The translations under genes and the position numbers were made by a program. From positions 1-64,000 of the forward strand of contig NIVC01002635.1 in NCBI GenBank assembly GCA_002269645.1: a stretch of 64,000 nt of DNA. The letters run 5' to 3'. This stretch comes from Macrostomum lignano. Its lineage: Eukaryota. Below, piece after piece: positions 23,961 to 37,345 of this stretch (position 1 is its first letter; each line of letters begins with the position of its first letter). The notes under the pieces are model-generated. The model saw only the letters and a list, made by a program, of their open reading frames with translations, did no database searches and was not told where the DNA came from.

Positions 23961-24759
23961 CTATTCCTTATCCTGTCTCCCTCGTCTGCATGGCCCGCAG
24001 TCATCAGGACTACTGGGCCCGCTTCGCTTAAGGGACCCAGCGAAGCGGACCCAGAAGGGCAGTCATGAGCTGGGTTCTCAATTCGGCCCTTGATGACTGA
24101 GGTAACAAGTTTGCTGACCCCTGCACTAAAAGCATTAGGCACATTAGATAAAAACTAATGAAATGGGAATGGGATGGAGAACATCCCAGGGTGTAAGAAA
24201 TTAGGAAAGCATAGTGCATGCTAGTGCAGCAAGTCAAAAACGATTTTCATTTACTAAAGCATTCAGTAGAATTTTTTTTGAATAACGTTTTCACAAAATT
24301 GTGAGATTTTCATAGAATTGGAAACTTGACTGGCCGTCCATAGCTACCCAGCACCTACGTATTTGATTTATGGCACTTAATTTTCCTGTGAAATTGGGCC
24401 AGCAAGTACAAGTAGCAGCAGCTACTCGTATTCCTGCATCCCCCGGGAGAAATTCCTGGCTAAGCCCCTGATTATATTATTAACTTTATTAGCCATTATT
24501 AACTTTTAACACTTTTTTTAATTTTTGATGTACCCTCCGAAAAAACATTAAAAAGACCCAGAAAAGCTAAAGCCCAAAACGGGCCAACACTTGTTTACAA
24601 TTCAAAAAGGGCATTCGCAGGATCATGCCAAAAAGTGGTCCGACACCCTCCCTGGTCATAGACTAACTATACTTGTTTTCTATTAAAAATGTTATTTATT
24701 AAAGCTGGAACTAACAAACGAAAGCAAAAAATAAAGCAAAAAGGAAGCAAAAAACTCAC

Positions 24760-25173
24760 ATCTTGCTGGCTCGCTGCCCGCTCAATGAATCGATGCCACT
24801 TCGAAGGATGCGGTGGCAAAGGGCGATAATGCTGAATGGCCTGTCGCGCTGCAGGCACGTATGCCTGCGCATAGTCACGGACAAGCCGTATATGAGCTGG
24901 ACCCTTCATGGACTGGCCGTTGTACTGCACTACGTCTGCGTGGTGGTGTCGGTAGTGGTCGCGCATCTGCTTGCTGGCTTCTAGGCAATCAGCAATGCAG
25001 CACATGCCAGCATTTTCGACCCGCACTTTGTGCTCAAAGATAAGGAACCATCGCAGTTCATGAACGCGATGTAGGAACGCTTTGTGCATTAAGCCGCAAT
25101 GGCGCTTGAGATTGTCAAGCCTCATTCTGTGGCCGCAGAGCGCAGATTCTTTACTTTTTTCATTAGATGCCAT
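24760..25173 (-). CDS. Double zinc-finger family paralog 2 (open exon ending at a GT donor)
   Basis: ALCGHRMRLDNLKRHCGLMH ... FEHKVRVENAGMCCIADC ... MRDHYRHHH ... PPHPSKWHRF; GTGAGT donor after QQD. Confidence 0.65.
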
Positions 25174-25789
25174 GCCAATCGGCTAATACAATTAAAAGCC
25201 AAAGGATCGATTTGGTAGCTTTATTATATAGCAGTTGAAACTGGACATCTACATGACATTGGTCGCTTATCCAATTGACGGAGCTTTGACCCTATACATA
25301 CATATTTGGCTGTCTACAATTGGCTAGAAAGTGGGGTGGGGTCAGTGGGGTGGGGTCGTAGTTGGGGTCTCTTTCGCACGTTGCAACCAAAGAAAAGAGT
25401 TTTGAAAACAAGAGAGTAGTAGCATGAGAAAGTTATAGAGTGAGTTGCTTAGGAAACGGAAGGGGGACAACGGGGTCGAGTTTGGTTGAGAAAAAGGGTC
25501 AGTAAAGCCAGAGAGGTAGGGATAGATGAAAATATGAGACTCAACTGAGATAGATGAAATATATCTATCAATCTATCAATCTATCAATCTATCAATCTAT
25601 TAATCATTTATTCCGTCAATCAATCATCAATGTTTTGTTGCCTATGCTGTCCCTCTTTTGTCCTTATTTGCCCCCTATCTTGGGCCGTCCCGTGGCAGAC
25701 CCTAACCCTAACCTTAATTAGCCCTAACCCACCGATAAAATAATTTTTTATGGTTTCTTCAATAGAACTCAGAAGCTGTTGTTCTCAGG

Positions 25790-28700
25790 GTTATGGAGCT
25801 CACTCTTCTGTCTTTAGTTTGAGCCGCTCTAACGGCCTTAAAAGCGTTCTCAGGGACTCAAAAAGCGCTCTCAAGGTTATTTATGGAGCTCACTTTTCTG
25901 TTTTTAGTTTGAGCAGCTCTAACGGCCTCAAAAAGCGTTCTCAGGGACTCAAAAAGCGTTCTCAGGGACTCAAAAAGCGTTCTCAGGGACTCAAAAAGCG
26001 TTCTCAGGGACTCAAAAAGCGTTCTCAGGGACTCAAAAAGCGTTCTCAGGGACTCAAAAAGCGTTCTCAGGGACTCAAAAAGCGTTCTCAGGGACTCAAA
26101 AAGCGTTCTCAGGGACTCAAAAAGCGTTCTCAGGGACTCAAGAAGCGTTCTCAGGGACTCAAAAAGCGTTCTCAGGGACTCAAAAAGCGTTCTCAGGGAC
26201 TCAAGAAGCGTTCTCAGGGACTCAAAAAGCGTTCTCAGGGACTCAAAAAGCAAAAAGCGTTCTCAGGGACTCAAAAAGCGTTCTCGGGGACTCAAAAAGC
26301 GTTCTCAGGGACTCAAAAAGCGTTCTCAGGGACTCAAAAAGCGTTCTCAGGGACTCAAAAAGCGTTCTCAGGGACTCAAAAAGCGTTCTCAGGGACTCAA
26401 AAAGCGTTCTCAGGGACTCAAAAAGCGTTCTCAGGGACTCAAAAAGCCGTTCTCAGGGACTCAAAAAGCGTTCTCAGGGACTCAAAAAACGTTCTCAGGG
26501 ACTCAAAAAGCGTTCTCAGGGACTCAAAAACCGTTCTCAGGGACTCAAAAAGCGCTCTCAAAGTTATGGAGCTCACTTTTCTGTTTTTAGTTTGAGCAGC
26601 TCTAACGGCCTCAAAAAGCGTTTTCAGGGACTCAAAAAGCGTTCTCAGGGTTATGGAGCTCACTTTTCTGTTTTTAGTTTGAGCAGCTCTAACGGCCTCA
26701 GAAAGCGTTCTCAGGGACTCAAAAAGCGTTCTCAGGGTTATGGAGCTCACTTTTCTGTATTTAGTTTGAGCCGCTCTAACGGCCTCAAAAAGCGTTCTCA
26801 GGGACTCAAAAAGCGTTCTCGGGGACTCAAAAAGCGTTCTCAGGGACTCAAAAAGCGTTCTCAGGGACTCAAAAAGCGTTCTCAGGGTTATGGAACTCAC
26901 TTTTCTGTTTTTAGTTTGAGCAGCTCTAACGGCCTCAAAAAGCGTTCTCAGGGACTCAAAAAGCGTTCTCAGGGTTATGGAGCTCACTTTTCTGTATTTA
27001 GTTTGAGCCGCTCTAACGGCATTAAAAACGTTCTCAGGGACTCAAAAAGCGTTCTCAGGGTTATGGAGCTCACTTTTCTGTATTTAGTTTGAGCCGCTCT
27101 AACGGCATTAAAAACGTTCTCAGGGACTCAAAAAGCGTTCTCAGGGTTATGGAGCTCACTTTTCTGTATTTAGTTTGAGCCGCTCTAACGGCCTCAAAAA
27201 GCGTTCTCAGGGACTCAAAAAGCGTTCTCGGGACTCAAAAAGCGTTCTCAGGGACTCAAAAAGCAAAAAGCGTTCTCAGGGACTCAAAAAGCGTTCTCAG
27301 GGACTCAAAAAGCGTTCTCAGGGACTCAAAAAGCGTTCTCAGGGACTCAAAAAGCGTTCTCAGGGACTCAAAAAGCGTTCTCAGGGACTCAAAAAGCGTT
27401 CTCAGGGACTCAAAAAGCGTTCTCAGGGACTCAAAAAGCGTTCTCAGGGACTCAAGAAGCGTTCTCAGGGACTCAAAAAGCGTTCTCAGGGACTCAAAAA
27501 GCGTTCTCAGGGACTCAAGAAGCGTTCTCAGGGACTCAAAAAGCGTTCTCAGGGACTCAAAAAGCGTTCTCAGGGACTCAAAAAACGTTCTCAGGGACTC
27601 AAAAAGCGTTCTCAGGGACTCAAAAAGCAAAAAGCGTTCTCAGGGACTCAAAAAACGTTCTCAGGGACTCAAAAAGCGTTCTCAGGGACTCAAAAAGCGC
27701 TCTCAAGGTTATGGAGCTCACTTTTCTGTTTTTAGTTTGAGCAGCTCTAACGGCCTCAAAAAGCGTTCTCAGGGACTCAAAAAGCGTTCTCAGGGTTATG
27801 GAGCTCACTTTTCTGTATTTAGTTTGAGCCGCTCTAACGGCATTAAAAACGTTCTCAGGGACTCAAAAAGCGTTCTCAGGGACTCAAAAAGCGTTCTCAC
27901 GGACTCAAAAAGCGTTCTCAGGGACTCAAAAAGCGTTCTCAGGGACTCAAAAAGCGTTCTCAGGGACTCAAAAAGCGTTCTCAGGGACTCAAAAAACGTT
28001 CTCAGGGACTCAAAAAGCGTTCTCAGGGACTCAAAAAGCGTTCTCAGGGACTCAAAAAGCAAAAAGCGTTCTCAGGGACTCAAAAAACGTTCTCAGGGAC
28101 TCAAAAAGCGTTCTCAGGGACTCAAAAAGCAAAAAGCGTTCTCAGGGACTCAAAAAGCGTTCTCGGGGACTCAAAAAGCGTTCTCAGGGACTCAAAAAGC
28201 GTTCTCAGGGACTCAAAAAGCGTTCTCAGGGACTCAAAAAGCGTTCTCAGAGACTCAAAAAGCGTTCTCAGGGACTCAAAAAGCGTTCTCAGGGACTCAA
28301 AAAGCGTTCTCAGGGACTCAAAAAGCCGTTCTCAGGGACTCAAAAAGCGTTCTCAGGGACTCAAAAAACGTTCTCAGGGACTCAAAAAGCGTTCTCAGGG
28401 ACTCAAAAAGCGTTCTCAGGGACTCAAAAAGCGCTCTCAAAGTTATGGAGCTCACTTTTCTGTTTTTAGTTTGAGCAGCTCTAACGGCCTCAAAAAGCGT
28501 TTTCAGGGACTCAAAAAGCGTTCTCAGGGTTATGGAGCTCACTTTTCTGTTTTTAGTTTGAGCAGCTCTAATGGCCTCAGAAAGCGTTCTCAGGGACTCA
28601 AAAAGCGTTCTCAGGGTTATGGAGCTCACTTTTCTGTATTTAGTTTGAGCCGCTCTAACGGCCTCAAAAAGCGTTCTCAGGGACTCAAAAAGCGTTCTCG

Positions 28701-31700
28701 GGGACTCAAAAAGCGTTCTCAGGGACTCAAAAAGCGTTCTCAGGGTTATGGAGCTCACTTTTCTGTATTTAGTTTGAGCCGCTCTAACGGCATTAAAAAC
28801 GTTCTCAGGGACTCAAAAAGCGTTCTCAGGGTTATGGAGCTCACTTTTCTGTATTTAGTTTGAGCCGCTCTAATGGCATTAAAAACGTTCTCAGGGACTC
28901 AAAAAGCGTTCTCAGGGTTATGGAGCTCACTTTTCTGTATTTAGTTTGAGCCGCTCTAACGGCCTCAAAAAGCGTTCTCAGGGACTCAAAAAGCGTTCTC
29001 GGGGACTCAAAAAGCGTTCTCAGGGACTCAAAAAGCAAAAAGCGTTCTCAGGGACTCAAAAAGCGTTCTCAGGGACTCAAAAAGCGTTCTCAGGGACTCA
29101 AAAAGCAAAAAGCGTTCTCAGGGACTCAAAAAGCGTTCTCAGGGACTCAAAAAGCGTTCTCAGGGACTCAAAAAGCGTTCTCAGAGACTCAAAAAGCGTT
29201 CTCAGGGACTCAAAAAGCGTTCTCAGGGACTCAAGAAGCGTTCTCAGGGACTCAAAAAGCGTTCTCAGGGACTCAAAAAGCGTTCTCAGGGACTCAAAAA
29301 GCGTTCTCAGGGACTCAAAAAGCGTTCTCAGGGACTCAAAAAGCGTTCTCAGGGACTCAAAAAGCGTTCTCAGGGACTCAAAAAGCGTTCTCAGGGACTC
29401 AAAAAGCGTTCTCAGGGACTCAAAAAGCGTTCTCAGGGACTCAAAAAGCGTTCTCAGGGACTCAAAAAGCGTTCTCAGGGACTCAAAAAACGTTCTCAGG
29501 GACTCAAAAAGCGTTCTCAGGGACTCAAAAAGCGTTCTCAGGGACTCAAAAAGCGTTCTCAGGGACTCAAAAAGCGTTCTCGGGGACTCAAAAAGCGTTC
29601 TCAGGGACTCAAAAAGCGTTCTCAGGGACTCAAAAAGCGTTCTCAGGGACTCAAAAAGCGTTCTCAGGGACTCAAAAAGCGTTCTCAGGGACTCAAAAAG
29701 CGTTCTCAGGGACTCAAAAAGCGTTCTCAGGGACTCAAAAAGCGTTCTCAGGGACTCAAAAAGCGTTCTCAGGGACTCAAAAAGCGTTCTCAGGGACTCA
29801 AAAAGCGTTCTCAGGGACTCAAAAAGCGTTCTCAGGGACTCAAAAAGCGTTCTCAGGGACTCAAAAAGCGTTCTCAGGGACTCAAAAAACGTTCTCAGGG
29901 ACTCAAAAAGCGTTCTCAGGGACTCAAAAAGCAAAAAGCGTTCTCAGGGACTCAAAAAAACGTTCTCAGGGACTCAAAAAGCGTTCTCAGGGACTCAAAA
30001 AGCGTTCTCAGGGACTCAAAAAGCGCTCTCAAGGTTATGGAGCTCACTTTTCTGTTTTTAGTTTGAGCAGCTCTAACGGCCTCAAAAAGCGTTCTCAGGG
30101 ACTCAAAAAGCGTTCTCAGGGTTATGAAGCTCACTTTTCTGTATTTAGTTTGAGCCGCTCTAACGGCATTAAAAACGTTCTCAGGGACTCAAAAAGCGTT
30201 CTCAGGGACTCAAAAAGCGTTCTCAGGGACTCAAAAAGCGTTCTCAGGGACTCAAAAAGCGTTCTCAGGGACTCAAAAAGCAAAAAGCGTTCTCAGGGAC
30301 TCAAAAAACGTTCTCAGGGACTCAAAAAGCGTTCTCAGGGACTCAAAAAGCGTTCTCAGGGACTCAAGAAGCGTTCTCAGGGACTCAAAAAGCGTTCTCA
30401 GGGACTCAAAAAGCGTTCTCAGGGACTCAAGAAGCGTTCTCAGGGACTCAAAAAGCGTTCTCAGGGACTCAAAAAGCGTTCTCAGGGACTCAAAAAACGT
30501 TCTCAGGGACTCAAAAAGCGTTCTCAGGGACTCAAAAAGCAAAAAGCGTTCTCAGTCACTCAAAAAACGTTCTCAGGGACTCAAAAAGCGTTCTCAGGGA
30601 CTCAAAAAGCGTTCTCAGGGACTCAAAAAGCGCTCTCAAGGTTATGGAGCTCACTTTTCTGTTTTTAGTTTGAGCAGCTCTAACGGCCTCAAAAAGCGTT
30701 CTCAGGGACTCAAAAAGCGTTCTCAGGGTTATGGAGCTCACTTTTCTGTATTTAGTTTGAGCCGCTCTAACGGCATTAAAAACGTTCTCAGGGACTCAAA
30801 AAGCGTTCTCAGGGACTCAAAAAGCGTTCTCAGGGACTCAAAAAGCGTTCTCAGGGACTCAAAAAGCGTTCTCAGGGACTCAAAAAGCGTTCTCAGGGAC
30901 TCAAAAAGCGTTCTCAGGGACTCAAAAAGCGTTCTCAGGGACTCAAAAAGCGTTCTCAGGGACTCAAAAAGCGTTCTCAGGGACTCAAAAAGCGTTCTCA
31001 GGGACTCAAAAAGCAAAAAGCGTTCTCAGGGACTCAAAAAGCGTTCTCAGAGACTCAAAAAGCGTTCTCAGGGACTCAAAAAGCGTTCTCAGGGACTCAA
31101 AAAGCGTTCTCAGGGACTCAAAAAGCGTTCTCAGGGACTCAAAAAGCAAAAAGCGTTCTCAGGGACTCAAAAAGCGTTCTCAGGGACTCAAAAAGCGTTC
31201 TCAGGGACTCAAAAAGCGCTCTCAAAGTTATGGAGCTCACTTTTCTGTTTTTAGTTTGAGCAGCTCTAACGGCCTCAAAAAGCGTTTTCAGGGACTCAAA
31301 AAGCGTTCTCAGGGTTATGGAGCTCACTTTTCTGTTTTTAGTTTGAGCAGCTCTAACGGCCTCAGAAAGCGTTCTCAGGGACTCAAAAAGCGTTCTCAGG
31401 GTTATGGAGCTCACTTTTCTGTATTTAGTTTGAGCCGCTCTAACGGCCTCAAAAAGCGTTCTCAGGGACTCAAAAAGCGTTCTCGGGACTCAAAAAGCGT
31501 TCTCAGGGACTCAAAAAGCGTTCTCAGGGTTATGGAGCTCACTTTTCTGTATTTAGTTTGAGCCGCTCTAACGGCATTAAAAACGTTCTCAGGGACTCAA
31601 AAAGCGTTCTCAGGGTTATGGAGCTCACTTTTCTGTATTTAGTTTGAGCCGCTCTAACGGCATTAAAAACGTTCTCAGGGACTCAAAAAGCGTTCTCAGG

Positions 31701-32665
31701 GTTATGGAGCTCACTTTTCTGTATTTAGTTTGAGCCGCTCTAACGGCCTCAAAAAGCGTTCTCAGGGACTCAAAAAGCGTTCTCGGGGACTCAAAAAGCG
31801 TTCTCAGGGACTCAAAAAGCAAAAAGCGTTCTCAGGGACTCAAAAAGCGTTCTCAGGGACTCAAAAAGCGTTCTCAGGGACTCAAAAAGCGTTCTCGGGG
31901 ACTCAAAAAGCAAAAAGCGTTCTCAGGGACTCAAAAAGCAAAAAGCGTTCTCAGGGACTCAAAAAGCGTTCTCAGGGACTCAAAAAGCGTTCTCAGGGAC
32001 TCAAAAAGCGTTCTCAGGGACTCAAGAAGCGTTCTCAGGGACTCAAAAAGCGTTCTCAGGGACTCAAAAAGCGTTCTCAGGGACTCAAAAAGCGTTCTCA
32101 GGGACTCAAAAAGCGTTCTCAGGGACTCAAAAAGCGTTCTCAGGGACTCAAAAAACGTTCTCAGGGACTCAAAAAGCGTTCTCAGGGACTCAAAAAGCAA
32201 AAAGCGTTCTCAGGGACTCAAAAAACGTTCTCAGGGACTCAAAAAGCGTTCTCAGGGACTCAAAAAGCGTTCTCAGGGACTCAAAAAGCGCTCTCAAGGT
32301 TATGGAGCTCACTTTTCTGTTTTTAGTTTGAGCAGCTCTAACGGCCTCAAAAAGCGTTCTCAGGGACTCAAAAAGCGTTCTCAGGGTTATGGAGCTCACT
32401 TTTCTGTATTTAGTTTGAGCCGCTCTAACGGCATTAAAAACGTTCTCAGGGACTCAAAAAGCGTTCTCAGGGACTCAAAAAGCGTTCTCAGGGACTCAAA
32501 AAGCGTTCTCAGGGACTCAAAAAGCGTTCTCAGGGACTCAAAAAAGCGTTCTCAGGGACTCAAAAAGCGTTCTCAGGGACTCAAAAAGCGTTCTCAGGGA
32601 CTCAAAAAGCGTTCTCAGGGACTCAAAAAGCGTTCTCAGTGTTATGGAGCTCACTTTTCTGTCTG
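25790..32665. repeat. Satellite array: 21-bp unit CTCAAAAAGCGTTCTCAGGGA interspersed with a ~48-bp unit, with higher-order blocks
   Basis: Direct reading; second unit GGTTATGGAGCTCACTTTTCTGTWTTTAGTTTGAGCMGCTCTAACGGC. Confidence 0.97.
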
Positions 32666-34053
32666 TCTTAGTTAACCCTAATGGTGAGTTGCCATGAGTA
32701 CAATTTCCATGAGTTGCGCAGCTCAGCTCATGAGGTAGCCAGCTCACTCACACTTTGGCTGCACAAAAATTTATAAATTTGTACTCAATTGTACTCAATT
32801 GTGCGGCACTATGACGGTTATGCAGCCAGCATCAAACCCCGCCAGCTACCCTCAATTAGAATTTTGTGGGGATCGCTAAAATTTACATACAGTTTTGCTA
32901 CTGCAAGTAGTAATATATAAGTGGATGTTTGTATCTTAGTAAAATTTGTAGTAAAAATTAAAATTGTTAATGTCCAAAACTTGTGAGTTTGAATTCTTGA
33001 CAAATCATATTTTCAGATGTAAAGCCGCTGTCTGTTTTTTCTGCACAAGCTAACCCATTAATGACCTAAATAAAATTCACCAATATCGATCAGTGTAGTC
33101 TGTACTCATCAAGATTGAGTCTGTACCTCACCAGATAAATATCGTTTAGCTGCACCAATAACTTAAACTTTAAATCATAATAACGAGTATCATCAATCAG
33201 CCTTACCGCACGCTACTTACCATTTAAATTTCTTAGAAAATTTAATAAATTTCTTACTAAGTAGCGAGCAGTTCCTGTGTATACTAAACACGCTTAAAAA
33301 TGAGATTATTAACTTGACTACTTGAAAACAATAAACAGGCATAAGCATAATCGCATTTTCATACATGTATAATTCTACAGGCTGAACAGCTAAAATATGA
33401 TGCGATATAAGTATATTTTATAATAAAATGATTAATAAAATGATTAAATCGAAAATGATTAATGAAATAATAAGCAAACGAGGATATACATTATATATTA
33501 TACATTATACATTATATATACATCATACTGCGACCCGAATTTCATGGCCTTCTGACGGCTGCGACGGCTTCGACGGCTCCGATGGCCCATAGGGCGATGG
33601 CCAGATGGCCCAGTCACTGGCCTGAAGAGGCGGCGTTCCTGGCGCCGTAGGCCATGAGAACTCTGGGAGTAAAGATAGCAGAGGTGGGCCGCGTGTTAGA
33701 TAAGAGTTGGCAGCAGTCATTCGTATTTGCCCCCCCCCCTAGATGGGTAGAATCTGGGAAGCAGGGCGTCACTATATTTTGGGAGACTTATTATCATATA
33801 GCGTCTTTTTCTAAGTGAATAATAAGGGGCGTTTGGTTTCAAAATTGTAGATGGCTGACGTTTTTTGTAGTTTTCCGGTCACGGAGACAAAACTTGTCAA
33901 GACATTCTATGATTGCTTGTTTTTTCTTAGTGGTAAAAACTAAGGCGGACGGGCATCTTAATCCTAAAATCTAGCCATTGATCCAAATGAGTCATCTGGT
34001 GACGGGACTTACCAAAAAACGCAGGTCGAAGCTCAGCGCCGAAGTATCGTCAG

Positions 34054-34294
34054 TTAGCCATGTATGGCTTTTTGCCTGGCCTCTTGAAAAAGGCATGTCC
34101 AGAAGTTCAGCATTTCTGGTGCGAGTCGAGTCGCCTGCTTCTTCGATATTGGACCAAATTTAGAGCCGTTGATTGACTACTTTCTCTTGATAGTTTTTAG
34201 GGGTGGGATGGACCGGCTCTCGGCTTCCCGGGCCTCTGTACAGGACGAATTTAATAATTTTCTTTTTTATTACGCGGCGAACAGGTTTGTTCAT
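34054..34294 (-). pseudogene. Unrecognised ~78-aa family, diverged copy 3
   Basis: MNKPVRRVIKKKIIKFVLYRGPGSREPVHPTPKNYQEKV [4-nt duplication] NGSKFGPISKKQATRLAPEMLNFWTCLFQEA; protein-level similarity persists despite DNA divergence. Confidence 0.65.
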
Positions 34295-34783
34295 TGTTGC
34301 TATTAATGCAAACTAGTTTTATATTTAGTATAGATCGAAGATAGTATATTAGTTGTATATGCGGACTTAAAAGTCAACTCAACTCCTCTATATATTATGC
34401 CCCTAACCCCACACAACCCGCCGCTAATAGTGAGTCAGTGTACGGGCTGGCTGTCGTCTATGCCTCATGTAAATATCTCTGAAAATAAGGCAGTATTAAA
34501 CGGTAGCAACGTTAATTTAACAGTCAAGTAGCCAAGCGTTGCGCAAACAATGAAACTATATTGGTGTGAATCTACAAAACGCAACCTACATTGACAAGAG
34601 CCACGAATTTGTTAGGATTAGGAGGTTAATTGATATACCACTCTAAATACCAACAGTACGTACTTTCTATTGTTGCTGCCGTATGTTAAGCAGCAAATCA
34701 AATTACAGGGATTTAGCAGGAAGTTAACACAAATTATGATTGCGCATAGGGAGGCGATTTTAATTTCGTTTTCAATCTTGGAA

Positions 34784-35686
34784 GTCTATATTTGACTATG
34801 TGTATGCATAAATATCGATCTCCATGTGCGCGTGCATGACATAACAACAGCGTTTGACCTTTGAACTTTATGCTTGTCGAAAGCCATTTAAGCAATTAGT
34901 ATTGCCAAAAGTTTACAAGACAATGGTGATACGAAACTAGCAGAGTTAATGCGTCATAGCCAAATAGTAACAAATCTGGACGAATTTTAAAGGTTAACAA
35001 CACAAGCAATTATTGGAAAATATATGAATAGAAAGTCCCTCAACTGTAACCTTCAACCATAGTAACAATAGATTGGAACTAAATGACTTTCAGAAATAAG
35101 CCTTGAATGTTTTCACACGCAGGCCGTTAGGGTCAGGGCAGCGCTTTTCTAGCTGGCACTCACGCAATCATAGACTACAGAACCGAGAAGGTCTATTTAC
35201 TAGTAGTCAGTCTCCCTTTTAACCCCCGCTGAGTGGTGGATTGACCATTTGACCGTGATTGCTTAATTCCCTCCCGCTTAGCGTATCGAATTTTGCACGT
35301 GTTGCCCCGTAGGATACCGATTTTCGCTTATTTACGCATTATGTTCAGTTTTATGTTGTAGCCCTGCGCTCAATTAGCAACGTGTAAATATTTAGGAATC
35401 GAGCGCAAAATTAGGCCCGTATGTGTTAATCCACTAAAAGTCAATATTAGTTTGGGCACCAGAAAATTTCTATGGGCTGCTCTGCAGGAGGCCTTGTCTC
35501 ACTGTTTCAAATTTTATAGGAACAATAGAAGTCTGGGACTGTTAAATTTCGCACGTTTCAGATTGAATTTCATTCTTTGGTTGTCACCTTGTCATAAATT
35601 GTGCAGCATCATTTGTTAAGAAGGTGTCGAGTAGGTAAGAATTAGAATAGGTAAGCGTTAGCAATAATGGAGCCGTTGGTGTAGCT
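34784..35686. repeat. Inverted copy of the 18044-18935 repeat
   Basis: Reverse-complement match by eye. Confidence 0.85.
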
Positions 35687-36289
35687 TAACGGTATTTTGC
35701 GGCCTGGCCCGCGGCCGCGGTCAGTATTTTTTGTTTTACTTATTTACTAAAATAGATTTACATAGGCTAAATAGCGGTCGCCCGGGCCGGGGCGGGCCGT
35801 GAATTACGGATACCAGTAGCTCAAGCATAAACAGCTACTATTGACTTTTAGGGGATTAACAAATACCGTACCGGCCTAATTTTGCATGGCAAGTCCCGCC
35901 ACGAGTAAGGCTCCCAGCAGCGGCGCTTGCCAGGGCGCATCAGCTTCGGCCAGGGGTGCTAGCGGAGGCACTGCTACCACCGGCGCCAACTGAGCCACGG
36001 GCGGCCGGGGGACTGCACACGGTGACAGCGGCGGCGGCACCGGCGGCACATCGGCTCCTGGCGCCGGTGTGCTGGCGGCCCGGCGTTTCCGCAGCCTATA
36101 GGCGCCAGTCCCGTTTCCGCCCTGTTGCGTTTGGGCGGCAGGTCACAAAGGTGTGCAAAGACCCTCTTAAAAGCGTGGGATTCCCCTCCTAAAATTGTGT
36201 AAAGCCCCATCTACAAGCGTGCAAGGCACCTCTCAAAAGTGTGCATAGCCATAACATAAGACATTAGACATTAGATTAACATAAGACAG

Positions 36290-37345
36290 AGAAGAGGAGA
36301 GGAGAGGAGAGGAGAGGAGAGGAGAGGAGAGGAGAGGAGAGGAGAGGAGAGGAGAGGAGAGGAGAGGAGAGGAGAGAGAGGAGAGGAGAGGAGAGGAGAG
36401 GAGAGGAGAGGAGAGGAGAGGAGAGGAGAGGAGAGGAGAGGAGAGGAGAGGAGAGGAGAGGAGAGGAGAGGAGAGGAGAGGAGAGGAGAGGAGAGGAGAG
36501 GAGAGGAGAGGAGAGGAGAGAGAGAGGAGAGGAGAGGAGAGGAGAGGAGAGGAGAGGAGAGGAGAGGAGAGGAGAGGAGAGGAGAGGAGAGGAGAGGAGA
36601 GGAGAGGAGAGGAGAGGAGAGGAGAGGAGAGGAGAGGAGAGGAGAGGAGAGGAGAGGAGAGGAGAGGAGAGGAGAGGAGAGGAGAGGAGAGGAGAGGAGA
36701 GGAGAGGAGAGGAGAGGAGAGGAGAGGAGAGGAGAGGAGAGGAGAGGAGAGGAGAGGAGAGGAGAGGAGAGGAGAGGAGAGGAGAGGAGAGGAGAGGAGA
36801 GGAGAGGAGAGGAGAGGAGAGGAGAGGAGAGGAGAGGTCAGGAGAGGTCAGGAGTCAGGAGAGGTCAGGAGAGGTCAGGAGAGGTCAGGAGAGGTCAGGA
36901 GAGGTCAGGAGAGGTCAGGAGAGGTCAGGAGAGGTCAGGAGAGGTCAGGAGAGGTCAGGAGAGGTCAGGAGAGGTCAGGAGAGGTCAGGAGAGGTCAGGA
37001 GAGGTCAGGAGAGGTCAGGAGAGGTCAGGAGAGGTCAGGAGAGGTCAGGAGAGGTCAGGAGAGGTCAGGAGAGGTCAGGAGAGGTCAGGAGAGGTCAGGA
37101 GAGGTCAGGAGAGGTCAGGAGAGGTCAGGAGAGGTCAGGAGAGGTCAGGAGAGGTCAGGAGAGGTCAGGAGAGGTCAGGAGAGGTCAGGAGAGGTCAGGA
37201 GAGGTCAGGAGAGGTCAGGAGAGGTCAGGAGAGGTCAGGAGAGGTCAGGAGAGGTCAGGAGAGGTCAGGAGAGGTCAGGAGAGGTCAGGAGAGGTCAGGA
37301 GAGGTCAGGAGAGGTCAGGAGAGGTCAGGAGAGGTCAGGAGAGGT
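36290..37345. repeat. (GGAGA)n array switching at about 36835 to (GGAGAGGTCA)n
   Basis: Direct reading. Confidence 0.97.

Noticed and set aside
16606-24470. hAT TIR pair (16606 and about 24451-24470) bounding a 7.9-kb composite element
   Set aside because: Flanking 8-mers differ (TATATACA vs ATTATATT), so no TSD; more likely ends of two separate MITEs.
25790-32665. CRISPR-like alternation of a constant unit with intervening sequence
   Set aside because: The intervening sequences are themselves copies of the 21-mer rather than unique spacers; no cas genes; eukaryotic context.
25750-32747. Many long ORFs (KKRSQGL, TLFESLR, KSVLRDS repeats)
   Set aside because: By-product of a stop-free 21-bp monomer open in several frames on both strands.
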